The notes beneath the pieces are model-generated. The model saw only the letters and a program-made list of their open reading frames with translations, was not told where the DNA came from and made no database searches. A stretch of 64,000 nt of DNA, from contig DATLGI010000138.1 in the NCBI GenBank assembly GCA_035540535.1, positions 6,924 to 70,923 on the forward strand, in the 5' to 3' direction. This document shows positions 50,659 through 59,383 of this stretch, one piece after another (within the stretch, counting starts at the first letter, position 1; every line of letters begins with the position of its first letter). Source of the DNA: Pseudonocardia sp. GTDB taxonomy: Bacteria; Actinomycetota; Actinomycetes; Mycobacteriales; Pseudonocardiaceae. The translations under genes and the position numbers were made by a program.

Positions 50659-50719
50659 CGCCGTCCCCGCCCCGGCCCGAAGCAGCGCAGGCCCAGTACG
50701 CGCAGCCGCCCGCGGAACG

Positions 50720-52246
50720 TCATGCCGAGAACTGTTTGAGCAGCTCCCTGCGCATGATCTTGCCGGTGGACGTCTTGGGCAGATCGTCGACGAAGCGAAC
50801 GAGTCGGGGCCGCTTGTAAGCGGCCAGCGATCGGCCGGCGAACTCGATGAGCTCCTCGTCGGTGGCGGTCGCCCCTGGTGCGAGGACGACGTAGGCGCAG
50901 GCCAGCTCGCCCTTCACCGGGTCCGGCACCGGCCCGGCCGCGACCATCGCCACCGCCGGGTGCGCGGCCAGCACGCGCTCGATCTCGGCGGGGTAGACGT
51001 TGTAGCCGGCACTGTTGATCATGTCCTTGCGCCGGTCGACTACGAAGACGTGCCCGGTGTCGGACATCGTCGCGATGTCGCCGGTGTGCAGCCAGCCGTC
51101 CGGCTCGATCGTCTCCGCGGTGGCCTCGGGCCGATTGTGGTAGCCGAGCATCACCAGCGGGCCGCGCACCATCAGCTCGCCGGGCTCGCCGTACGGGGCG
51201 TCGCGGGTGACGTCGGCGAGATCGGCGATGCGCACCTGCAGCCCCGGCAGCGACACTCCGATCGACCCGAGCACGGGCGGGGCGTGCAGCGCGTGCGTGG
51301 TGCCCAGGCCGGCGATCTCGGTCATCCCCCACAGCTCGATCAGCGGGGCTCCGGAGCGCTCCTGCCAGCGCTGCATGGTCGAGACCGGCATCGTCTGCCC
51401 GCCGACGGTGCACCGGGTGAGGCTCGACAGGTCGGTCCCGGGCAGCGACGGGTCGGCCAGCATTGTCGCGTACATCGCCGGGACGCCCTCGAACATCGTC
51501 GCCCGGTGCTCCGCGATCAGCGTGAGCGCCTCGGCCGGGGCGAAGCGCTCCATCAGCACCACGGTGCCACCGACCATGAAGATCGAGTTGATGACGACGT
51601 TGCCGTAGACATGTGGCGCCGGCAGCGCGGTGACGACGACGTCGGCGGCGGTGCGGCCGTGCATCGTCGCGGTGTGGGCACAGTTGAGCAGCACCGCGCG
51701 GTGCGACTGCACGGCGCCCTTCGGGTGGCCGGTGGTCCCGGACGTGTAGCCGATCGTCGACGGCCCCGCCGGGTCGATCTGCACCTCGGGCACGGAGCCG
51801 TCCGAGCCCAGCAGCTCGGTGAACCCGACCGCTCCCTTCGGCGCGTCACCGAAGGCGACGACCGCGCACGGCCCGGGCAGGTCGCGGGCCAACTCGACCA
51901 CGCCCGCGGCCTGCTGGGCGCTGGTGAACACCGCGGCCGACCTGCAGTCGCGCAGCACGTACGCCAGTTCCTCGGGGGTGAGCATGACGTTGACCGGGTT
52001 GACGACCGCCCCGGCTTTGAGCGCGCCGTGGTAGGCGATGACCCATTCCCAGCGGTTCTGCGTGTACAGCGACACCGGCTGTCCCGGCCGAATCCCGCGG
52101 GCCGCCAGCCCGGCGGCGACGCGGTCGCTCTCCACGTCCAGCTCGCGGAAGGTCAGGGTACGGGCGGCGGTGACCAGCGCGGGCTTGTCCCCGAACCGCC
52201 GTGCGGCCGCCGGCAGGATCCCGGCAGGCGAGACGACGTCGTCCAT
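50720..52246 (-). CDS. AMP-dependent acyl-CoA synthetase/ligase
   Basis: Internal Met of ORF 50720..52285, preceded by a GAGGAGG RBS. It has YTSGTTGHPKG and GWLHTGD motifs. Confidence 0.88.
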   Translation of the reverse strand: MDDVVSPAGILPAAARRFGDKPALVTAARTLTFRELDVESDRVAAGLAARGIRPGQPVSLYTQNRWEWVIAYHGALKAGAVVNPVNVMLTPEELAYVLRDCRSAAVFTSAQQAAGVVELARDLPGPCAVVAFGDAPKGAVGFTELLGSDGSVPEVQIDPAGPSTIGYTSGTTGHPKGAVQSHRAVLLNCAHTATMHGRTAADVVVTALPAPHVYGNVVINSIFMVGGTVVLMERFAPAEALTLIAEHRATMFEGVPAMYATMLADPSLPGTDLSSLTRCTVGGQTMPVSTMQRWQERSGAPLIELWGMTEIAGLGTTHALHAPPVLGSIGVSLPGLQVRIADLADVTRDAPYGEPGELMVRGPLVMLGYHNRPEATAETIEPDGWLHTGDIATMSDTGHVFVVDRRKDMINSAGYNVYPAEIERVLAAHPAVAMVAAGPVPDPVKGELACAYVVLAPGATATDEELIEFAGRSLAAYKRPRLVRFVDDLPKTSTGKIMRRELLKQFSA

Positions 52247-52466
52247 GTGCACCTCCTCGACGCCTCCGCAGTGTCCGGTCCCCACGACGCGACGCCGCTA
52301 TCCAGCACGGACAAGGCGGTCGGGCAGTTTTGTCCGCACCGTCCATCGGCGAGAGTGGAAAGCCACGGCACTGTGACGTCCGCAACGCCGTGCGCCGGGG
52401 CCGTCCACCGCACTCCCTGGTGATCACGCCGGTAGGAGCCACGACCCCAGTTCAAGGAGGAACCTG

Positions 52467-52886
52467 ATGGCCGAAGTGCTGGCCGAGGGCTACAACGTCT
52501 TCGACACCGCCAAGTCCCCCAGCGGCACGATCAAGTACCTGTCCTCGCCCGCGGACGTGATCGGGCTGATCAAGTCCGGCAAGCTGAAGGACCACATCCT
52601 GCTCGTCCGCGGGGGGACGACGACGTTCCTCGCCCCGGCACTGTCGATGGGTGCGATCGGGGTGATCACGATGTCGGGCGCGCCCGAGTCGCACCTCGGG
52701 ATCCTGTCGCGGGAGTTCCAGACCCCGTGCGTGATGACGGCCTACCTGACGAGCAGCGACTCCCGCTACGAGGTCGGCAAGACCGGCGACAGCCACTTCG
52801 AAGAGATCGCGAAGGCCCTCGACGGCCGCCGGGTCCGGCTCGACTGCACCGACCACGAGGTCGGGCGCGTCGTCGCCGACGACTGA
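52467..52886 (+). CDS. stand-alone PEP-utilising-enzyme mobile (swivel/phosphohistidine) domain protein
   Basis: ORF 52467..52886 has ILLVRGGTTTFLAPALSMGAIGVITMSGAPESHLGILSREFQTPCVM, which matches the swivel-domain pattern with the conserved His (codon at 52692-52694). Confidence 0.7.
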   Translation: MAEVLAEGYNVFDTAKSPSGTIKYLSSPADVIGLIKSGKLKDHILLVRGGTTTFLAPALSMGAIGVITMSGAPESHLGILSREFQTPCVMTAYLTSSDSRYEVGKTGDSHFEEIAKALDGRRVRLDCTDHEVGRVVADD

Positions 52887-52920
52887 CACCCATCCCACGA
52901 GGCACGGACAAGGAGCAGAC

Positions 52921-54354
52921 GTGACGACGACCGAGGGCAAGCGCGCCACCTACAAGCAGCGGTACGAGCAGGGTGACGACGGTCTGCGCTTCCAGGAGCT
53001 GACCTACACCGGCAACTTCGTCGGGATGGAGCCCGTCACGGACGGGATCAAGGGCGACCGGATGATGCGCGAGCGCGCCAAGAGCGGTGTGCTCGAGAAG
53101 GTGTCGAAGGAGGACGTCCTCCGCGACCAGTTCACGATCGACGAGCTCAACGACCTCAACAACTACCTGGCCTGGAACATCTGGGACGTGCTGGTCATGC
53201 GCGCCACCGAGGGCGTGAGCGGCATGATCCCCCGCCAGGAGTACGAGATCCTGGCCTTCATGCACGAGTTCTACCGCTGGCCGGAGATCCTGCGCATGGC
53301 CACCGACGAGGTCGGCGGCGGCCAGGGAGTCCTGGACATCGGCGCCACCGCCCGCCGGGAGATCGGCACCAAGGTCAACGCGGTGCACGACTGGTGCATC
53401 GGCGCCGTCGGGTTCGGCATGGGCCGCTGCGGCCTGCTCGCGCTGGAGGTGATCGGCCCGGACGATTACGTCGAGGAGTCCAACGAGATCCTCAAGTTCA
53501 TGCAGCGGATCCTGTGGGGCAAGCGCCAGGACGGCTACATCCTCAACTCCCAGGACAACTACCGCTGCCGCATCCATGAGGCCGACTTCCTCGAGCAGAT
53601 CACCGCGCAGCTCGAGCCGCTGGAAGCCGACAGCCCCAAGCACGGCGCGTTCACCCAGTTCAACGCCGCCGCGGAGCTGCTCTCGTTCCTCGACCACTAC
53701 GACTGCCGGCTCGGCCTCGGCGACACGGGGCCGTACGAGCTGCCGAACGGGCAGCTGCTGATCCTGCGCGACCTCTTCGTCAACGAGGAGGTGTTCCACT
53801 GGAGCGACGTCTGCGACGACGAGGGCCTGCCGCACTGCTACACCCTCGCGCTGACGATCGACCCGGAGAAGATGGCGCTGGCCGAGATCCGGGTGAACGA
53901 CATCTCCACCACCTTCACCCGGCCGAAGAACTACATCGAGGCCATCACCGGCGGTGCGGTGTTCGTCCGGGAGAAGTGGAACACCCCGATGGGCGAGGTG
54001 TACCCGGTCGCGATCGACGATTTGGGCCCGCACCTGGAGCGGGTGCAGAACGCGACGCTGAAGCTCTACGCGAAGACGGCCCGGATGAACCGGCGCGACC
54101 TCATCTGGAACGGCCAGTACGTCTACTACGTCGACATGATCCTCCCGCACCTGCGGCTGGCCGGCGCGTACGAGAAGGCGTGCACGGACTACCAGCTCTG
54201 GGAGGTCGACCAGCGCGTCGCCAACTACTACTACGACATCACCAAGCGCGGCTTCGCCCAGGAGACCGTGCCGCAGAAGATCTTCTCCGGCGCGGGTTAC
54301 CTGCCCTTCTCCGACAACGCCGACCGCCGCCGCTCGAAGTACCGCTGGCTGTAG
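52921..54354 (+). CDS. conserved-looking protein of unknown function (477 aa)
   Basis: ORF 52921..54354 has a GTG start with a GGAG RBS. Its composition is clearly coding (rich in W/Y/F/N/K/I, unlike shadow ORFs). I recognise no motif. Confidence 0.7.
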   Translation: MTTTEGKRATYKQRYEQGDDGLRFQELTYTGNFVGMEPVTDGIKGDRMMRERAKSGVLEKVSKEDVLRDQFTIDELNDLNNYLAWNIWDVLVMRATEGVSGMIPRQEYEILAFMHEFYRWPEILRMATDEVGGGQGVLDIGATARREIGTKVNAVHDWCIGAVGFGMGRCGLLALEVIGPDDYVEESNEILKFMQRILWGKRQDGYILNSQDNYRCRIHEADFLEQITAQLEPLEADSPKHGAFTQFNAAAELLSFLDHYDCRLGLGDTGPYELPNGQLLILRDLFVNEEVFHWSDVCDDEGLPHCYTLALTIDPEKMALAEIRVNDISTTFTRPKNYIEAITGGAVFVREKWNTPMGEVYPVAIDDLGPHLERVQNATLKLYAKTARMNRRDLIWNGQYVYYVDMILPHLRLAGAYEKACTDYQLWEVDQRVANYYYDITKRGFAQETVPQKIFSGAGYLPFSDNADRRRSKYRWL

Positions 54355-54422
54355 ACGCCGGACACCGACGGGCGGCGCGGCACCTCGCCGCGCCGCCCGT
54401 CCTCGTGCAGGAGGACTCCACC

Positions 54423-55043
54423 GTGACAGCGCTCTCCCTGAGCAGGACCGACTACGACGTGCTCAACGCCGTGGTCGTCAAGAAGATGGCCACCGCCGAC
54501 GCGGTGGTGGCGGCCTCGGGTGTGGACGCCGCGCAGGTCTCCGAGATCCTCGCCGCGCTCGAGGGCCGGGGCCTCCTCGTCGTCGCAGGCGACTCGGCGC
54601 TGCCCACGGACGAGGCTGAGCCGGTGCTGATGGAGGTGGCGGCCACCCGGTACTCAGGCGTCCGCGAGGACGCCGACATCGCCCGGCTCGTGGACCGCTT
54701 CGAGACGACCAACGCGCAGTTCCTCACGACGATGTCGTCCTGGCAGCAGATCGACAGCGGCGGCCGCAAGGTGGCCAACGACCACTCCGACCCCGAGTAC
54801 GACGGAAAGGTCATCGACCGGCTGAACAAGCTGGTGGCTCGCCTGACCCCGCTGTTGGACGCACTCGCCGGGCACGACGCGCGGTTCGGCCGCTACCCCG
54901 AACGCTTCGCCATCGCGCTGGCCGCCGTCGACGCCGGGGACCACGACCTGGTGTCGTCCCCGGTCCGCGACTCGGTGCACAACATCTGGTTCGAGTTCCA
55001 CGAGGATCTGCTACGGACCCTCGGCAAGGTCCGGACCGAATGA
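54423..55043 (+). CDS. protein of unknown function with N-terminal winged-helix-like segment (206 aa)
   Basis: GTG at 54423 in the frame of ORF 53976..55043, with an AGGAGG RBS upstream. The stop overlaps the next start (ATGA). Confidence 0.6.
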   Translation: MTALSLSRTDYDVLNAVVVKKMATADAVVAASGVDAAQVSEILAALEGRGLLVVAGDSALPTDEAEPVLMEVAATRYSGVREDADIARLVDRFETTNAQFLTTMSSWQQIDSGGRKVANDHSDPEYDGKVIDRLNKLVARLTPLLDALAGHDARFGRYPERFAIALAAVDAGDHDLVSSPVRDSVHNIWFEFHEDLLRTLGKVRTE

Positions 55044-57559
55044 GCAGCCCGAGCACGACGACGCCTGGCCCGGGCGACGTCGCCGATGGGGTGTTCACCC
55101 GCAGGTTCGCCGAGGCCGATCCCGCAGACGTGGGGTGGCTCGGTGGCAAGGGCGCGGGCCTGGCCCGCATGACTCAGCAGGGCCTGCGCGTGCCGCCCGG
55201 CTACGTCATCGGGACCGACGCCTGCCGTCGCTACCTCGCGGAGCGGGCGCTCCCCGCGGGACTCGACGACGAGGTGTTCGCCCGGCTGTCCGAGCTGGAG
55301 CGGGCCGCCGGCAAGACCTTCGGCGGCGGTCCGGTGCCGCTGCTGCTCTCGGTGCGGTCCGGCGCGCCGATCTCCATGCCCGGGATGATGGACACCATCC
55401 TCAACCTCGGACTGAATCGCACCGCTGCGATCGCGCTCGGGGAGGCGACGGGGGACGCGCGGTTCGTCGCCGACCTCGTCACCCGCTTCCACGCGATGTA
55501 CGCCGAGACCGTGCTGGACGCAACGGATCCCGGCGAGGGCATCGGCGAGCTGGTCGCGCAGGTCGGCGCGGGTGACGACCCGGGCGCCGTCTACGACCGA
55601 ATCTGGGACGCCTGCCAGCGGGCGCTGGCCGACGACACCGGCGATTCGGTGCCCGACGACCCACGGGAGCAGCTGCTGGGCGCGGTGGAGGCGGTGTTCC
55701 GCTCCTGGAACACCCGCCGAGCCCGCACCTACCGCGACCACCACAAGATCCCGCACGACCTCGGGACCGCCGTGGTCGTGCAGTCCATGGTGTTCGGCAA
55801 CCTCTCGGCGGACTCGGGCTCCGGTGTGGTGTTCACCCGCAACCCGGCGACCGGGGAGCCGGGCCTGTTCGGCGAGTACCTCGCGCACAGCCAGGGTGAG
55901 GACGTCGTCGCCGGGACCCGCACGCCCGATCCTGTCACCGAGGCCCTCGCGCCCGCGGTACTCGACGAGCTGCGCGTGACCTGCGCCGATCTCGAGCGAA
56001 GCCAGGGCGACGTCCTCGACATCGAGTTCACCGTCGAGCGGTCCGCGCTGTACTTCCTGCAGGTGCGCAGCGCAAAGCGCACGCCCGAAGCGGCGGTGCG
56101 AATCGCGGCCGACTTCCTCGCCGAGGGCAGTGTCGCGCCGTCGAAGGCGATACGGAACGTCTCGGCGGCCCAGGTGCGACAGGTGCAGCGGCCCGGGTTC
56201 GACCCCGACGAGGTCGAGAAGGCGCGGGCCGGCGGGCGACTGCTCACGAGGGGGATCGGAGCCTGCCCGGGTCAGGTCGGCGGCGCGCTGGTGCTCGACC
56301 CGGACCGGGCGAAGGCGGCCGCTGACGCCGGTCGGGACGTCATCCTCGCCCGTCCGGTCACGAGCCCCGCCGACCTGCACGGAATGATCGCCTCGCGCGG
56401 TATCGTCACGGCCACCGGTGGGTCGACGAGCCACGCCGCCGTCGTCGCGCGGGCGCTCGGCACAGCCTGCGTGGTCGGCGCCGGTGAGATCCGCGTCGAC
56501 GAGGCCGCTCGCGTGCTGACCGTCGGCGGGCGGACCCTGGCCGAGGGCGACGAGGTGTCCCTGGACGGAGCGACCGGCGAGCTGTTCGCCGGGCGCTTCG
56601 CGACGTCGACGCCGGCGGCCGCGACGGGGGCTCTGGCGGCGCTGCTGGGCATCGCCTCCCGCGCCAGCGCTTGCTCAGTGCTCAGCCGCGTCACCCTGCC
56701 CGGCGACGTCGAGCCCGCCCGCGAGGCCGGAGCCGACGGGCTGGTGACCGCGGTGGACGACGTACTGGCCGCCACCGGTCACCTCGACGGCCTCGTGGCG
56801 GGTCTGCTCGGCGCGAGCGCGGACGGGTTCGACGGTATCGCGGCAATGGTGGAGGCCGAGTTCACGCCGCTGCTGGCGGTCGCCGGCGACCTGGAGGTGG
56901 GCGTCCGGGCGATCGATCTCGTCGCCGACGAGGCGCGCGAGCTGCTCCAGCAGACGGCCATGACGACCCGGCACCCCGAGCTGTCGGTCCCACTGGGTCG
57001 CCCGGAGCTGGTGCGGGCACAGCTGGAGGGGCTGGCCCGGGCCGTGCGGGAGTCCGGGGGGCGCGCCCGCGTCCACCTCGCCCTGCGACACGTCAGCGAC
57101 CCGGCCGAGGCCCGCGCACTGCGCGCGCTCGCCGGCGAGGTCGGGTCAGCGGTCTCCATCGGGACTTATCTGACCAGCCCGCGGGCAGCCCACGGCGCCG
57201 TCGACATCGCGGCGGCCAGCGACGTCGTGTGGCTCGAGGTGCGCACGCTGCAGGCGGCGATGTTCGGCATCCCCGCGCGGCAGCTGCTCACCGCCGAACC
57301 GCTCGACGGCTACCTGCGGCGCGGGCTGCTCGGCTGCGACCCGCGCACCACGCTCGACCCCTCGGTGCAGCGCCTGCTTGCCGATGTCGCGGCGGCGGCC
57401 GACACCGCCGGGCGCCGGGTCGGGATGCGGCTGTCCGGGGAGGTGTCCGAGGCGGTCGCCGCGCAGCTGTACGCCCTGGGCTTCCGCCGCTTCGCCGTCG
57501 ACGCTGCGGAGACGCGCCCGGTGGTCCTCGCGCTCGGTAAAGCGGCTCTCGCGGCCTGA
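55040..57559 (+). CDS. pyruvate,phosphate dikinase-like protein (ATP-grasp + phosphohistidine domain; degenerate C-terminal domain)
   Basis: ORF 55040..57559 has GGKGAGLARM, LLLSVRSGAPISMPGMMDTILNLGLN, GEYLAHSQGEDVVAGTRTP and GGSTSHAAVVARALG. The C-terminal ~300 aa lack the PPDK catalytic motifs. Confidence 0.8.
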   Translation: MSSPSTTTPGPGDVADGVFTRRFAEADPADVGWLGGKGAGLARMTQQGLRVPPGYVIGTDACRRYLAERALPAGLDDEVFARLSELERAAGKTFGGGPVPLLLSVRSGAPISMPGMMDTILNLGLNRTAAIALGEATGDARFVADLVTRFHAMYAETVLDATDPGEGIGELVAQVGAGDDPGAVYDRIWDACQRALADDTGDSVPDDPREQLLGAVEAVFRSWNTRRARTYRDHHKIPHDLGTAVVVQSMVFGNLSADSGSGVVFTRNPATGEPGLFGEYLAHSQGEDVVAGTRTPDPVTEALAPAVLDELRVTCADLERSQGDVLDIEFTVERSALYFLQVRSAKRTPEAAVRIAADFLAEGSVAPSKAIRNVSAAQVRQVQRPGFDPDEVEKARAGGRLLTRGIGACPGQVGGALVLDPDRAKAAADAGRDVILARPVTSPADLHGMIASRGIVTATGGSTSHAAVVARALGTACVVGAGEIRVDEAARVLTVGGRTLAEGDEVSLDGATGELFAGRFATSTPAAATGALAALLGIASRASACSVLSRVTLPGDVEPAREAGADGLVTAVDDVLAATGHLDGLVAGLLGASADGFDGIAAMVEAEFTPLLAVAGDLEVGVRAIDLVADEARELLQQTAMTTRHPELSVPLGRPELVRAQLEGLARAVRESGGRARVHLALRHVSDPAEARALRALAGEVGSAVSIGTYLTSPRAAHGAVDIAAASDVVWLEVRTLQAAMFGIPARQLLTAEPLDGYLRRGLLGCDPRTTLDPSVQRLLADVAAAADTAGRRVGMRLSGEVSEAVAAQLYALGFRRFAVDAAETRPVVLALGKAALAA

Positions 57560-57615
57560 CACTGTGGCTGCGGGCGGGCCGCCGGGACGTTCGCGGCGAT
57601 GGTTGGACCGCCAGG

Positions 57616-58341
57616 TCACACCAGCAGGCCCTCCCGCAGGCGGGCGAGCTCGTGGTCGGTGATCCCGCGCGAGTGGGCCCAGCCGGCAGCGCCCCCGTGG
57701 CGGGAGTCGAGCGCGGCGAGGAAGCCGGTGATGGTGTGCTCCTCGGCGTCGTAGACCTCGGGCGGCACCGTCGCCATGTGGGCGCTGTAGTGCGGCCAAC
57801 CGCGGAAGCGTTCGACGATCCGCGCCATGGCGGGTCCGCTGCGCAGGTAGTCGGCCACGATGTCGTCGTCGTCCACGCCGAGCAGGCGCAGCAGCAGCGC
57901 GGTCACCAGGCCGGTCCGGTCCTTGCCGGCCGCGCAGTGCACGAGCACCGGCCGGCCGGCCAGCGCGCACACGATCCGCACGACCGTCGCGACTTGCGAG
58001 GTCGGCGACCCGACGTGCATGAGGTAGAACGCCAAGCTCTGCTCGCGCGGCGGCAGGTCGCTCGCGGGGGCCTCGGACAGCGGTGCGTTCAGGTAGCAGA
58101 CCGGCGTGGCCGCGAGCGGCCCGCGCCCCTGCTCGACGGCCTCCGGGCCGCGGCGCAGGTCGACGACGAGCTCCAACCCGAGCTTCTCGACGAGGTAGGC
58201 GACGTCGTCGGCGGTCAACGCCTGCAGGGTGTCGCTGCGGAACAGCGCGCCGGACCGGACCTGCAGGTCCGGTCCGGCGCGGAGACCACCGAGATCACGG
58301 AAGTTGAAGGCGCCGCGGAGCCCGCTCACGGAATCGGTCAC
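57616..58341 (-). CDS. tyrosine-protein-phosphatase-like protein (Y_phosphatase3 family, CX5R)
   Basis: Lies in the frame of ORF 57616..58734 with GTG 58341 after a GAGGAG RBS (alternative GTG at 58398). It has NFRDLGG and the HCAAGKDRTG active-site loop. Confidence 0.8.
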   Translation of the reverse strand: MTDSVSGLRGAFNFRDLGGLRAGPDLQVRSGALFRSDTLQALTADDVAYLVEKLGLELVVDLRRGPEAVEQGRGPLAATPVCYLNAPLSEAPASDLPPREQSLAFYLMHVGSPTSQVATVVRIVCALAGRPVLVHCAAGKDRTGLVTALLLRLLGVDDDDIVADYLRSGPAMARIVERFRGWPHYSAHMATVPPEVYDAEEHTITGFLAALDSRHGGAAGWAHSRGITDHELARLREGLLV

Positions 58342-58411
58342 GGGAGCTCCTCGCTGGCGCTCGTCGCCCGTGACCGGGTCGCTGCGCTGATTGGTGACCT
58401 CGCAAGCTCGG

Positions 58412-59383
58412 TCACGGGGCGCACAGCCGGCGGATGGCGGCCAGCAACTCGTCATCCGCGGTGGTTCGCGCGCCGGCGGCGACGCTCGTGGTGCCGGTGA
58501 CTCGAGCGGCTGCCGCGCGCCGGCGATCGCGCCGGACGGCGGCTGCCCGGGCGACGACGTCATCACCCGTGCCGTCGGACCCGTCGCACCCGCAGCCGCA
58601 TGCCGACGCCGGCGCGCCCTGCTGGTCGACGGCGGCAACCGGTACGGCGCACGCGCCGGTGGCGGGAAGGGCGGCGGCGTCCCCCAGCAGGTACGGGGCG
58701 ATCTCCTGCGGCCAGAGCGCGACGAACTCGGCACCGGCGGCGGTGAGCTCCTCCACGGAGTGCATGCCCCAGGCCACGCCGATGACCCGGATCCCGACCT
58801 CGAGCGCGTCCCGCACGTCGCCCGCGGTGTCGGTCACCAGCACGGTGCTGGAGCCGTCGAGGTCCGCCGGCCGGCCGGCCTCGTCGTAGTCCGCACTGCA
58901 GCGGCGGCCGAAGCCGCTGCCGGCGTCGGCGAGGAAGGCGCGCATGGCCGTGCGCTTGTCCGGGGCTGCGTCGCCGCCGAAGACGTGCGCGAAGCAGAAC
59001 GCGATCCCGTTCGACTCCAGGACGCGGCGGAGCACCTGCGTCGCGTTGGACGACATCACCGCGAGCGTGCAGTCGGCAGCGAGACGGCGCACGACGTCGC
59101 CCACGCCGGGGACCAGCGGCGGCGTGTACTCCTCGCGCAACAGGCGCAGGAACGCGTCCTTCACCTCGCCGGCCTGCGCCTCGTCGCGGCACAGCTTCGC
59201 GATCGAGGCGTAGACGTTGCCCTGGAACAGGTCGAAGTACTGTTCGGGGCGATCGACGCCGAGCCCGAACCGCTTGTTGATCTTCTCGAACACCTCCCAC
59301 GACGCCACGCGTGTCTGGACGAGGGTGCCGTCGAGGTCGAAGATCACTGCCCGGACCGGTGACCGGCCGGTGCCGGCGGTCAT
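58412..59383 (-). CDS. HAD family hydrolase with ~90-aa C-terminal extension
   Basis: Internal Met of ORF 58412..59530 overlaps the upstream stop (ATGA). It has the FDLDGTLV motif I. The tail is low-complexity Ala/Gly/Cys-rich and ends ADDELLAAIRRLCAP. Confidence 0.8.
   Translation of the reverse strand: MTAGTGRSPVRAVIFDLDGTLVQTRVASWEVFEKINKRFGLGVDRPEQYFDLFQGNVYASIAKLCRDEAQAGEVKDAFLRLLREEYTPPLVPGVGDVVRRLAADCTLAVMSSNATQVLRRVLESNGIAFCFAHVFGGDAAPDKRTAMRAFLADAGSGFGRRCSADYDEAGRPADLDGSSTVLVTDTAGDVRDALEVGIRVIGVAWGMHSVEELTAAGAEFVALWPQEIAPYLLGDAAALPATGACAVPVAAVDQQGAPASACGCGCDGSDGTGDDVVARAAAVRRDRRRAAAARVTGTTSVAAGARTTADDELLAAIRRLCAP

Noticed and set aside
55040-57559. Annotating this gene as a genuine pyruvate,phosphate dikinase (ppdK).
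   Set aside because: The N-terminal and phosphohistidine domains match. The C-terminal domain lacks the catalytic motifs (CRTEHMF, GTNDLTQ, the GICGE Cys). I therefore call it PPDK-like only.
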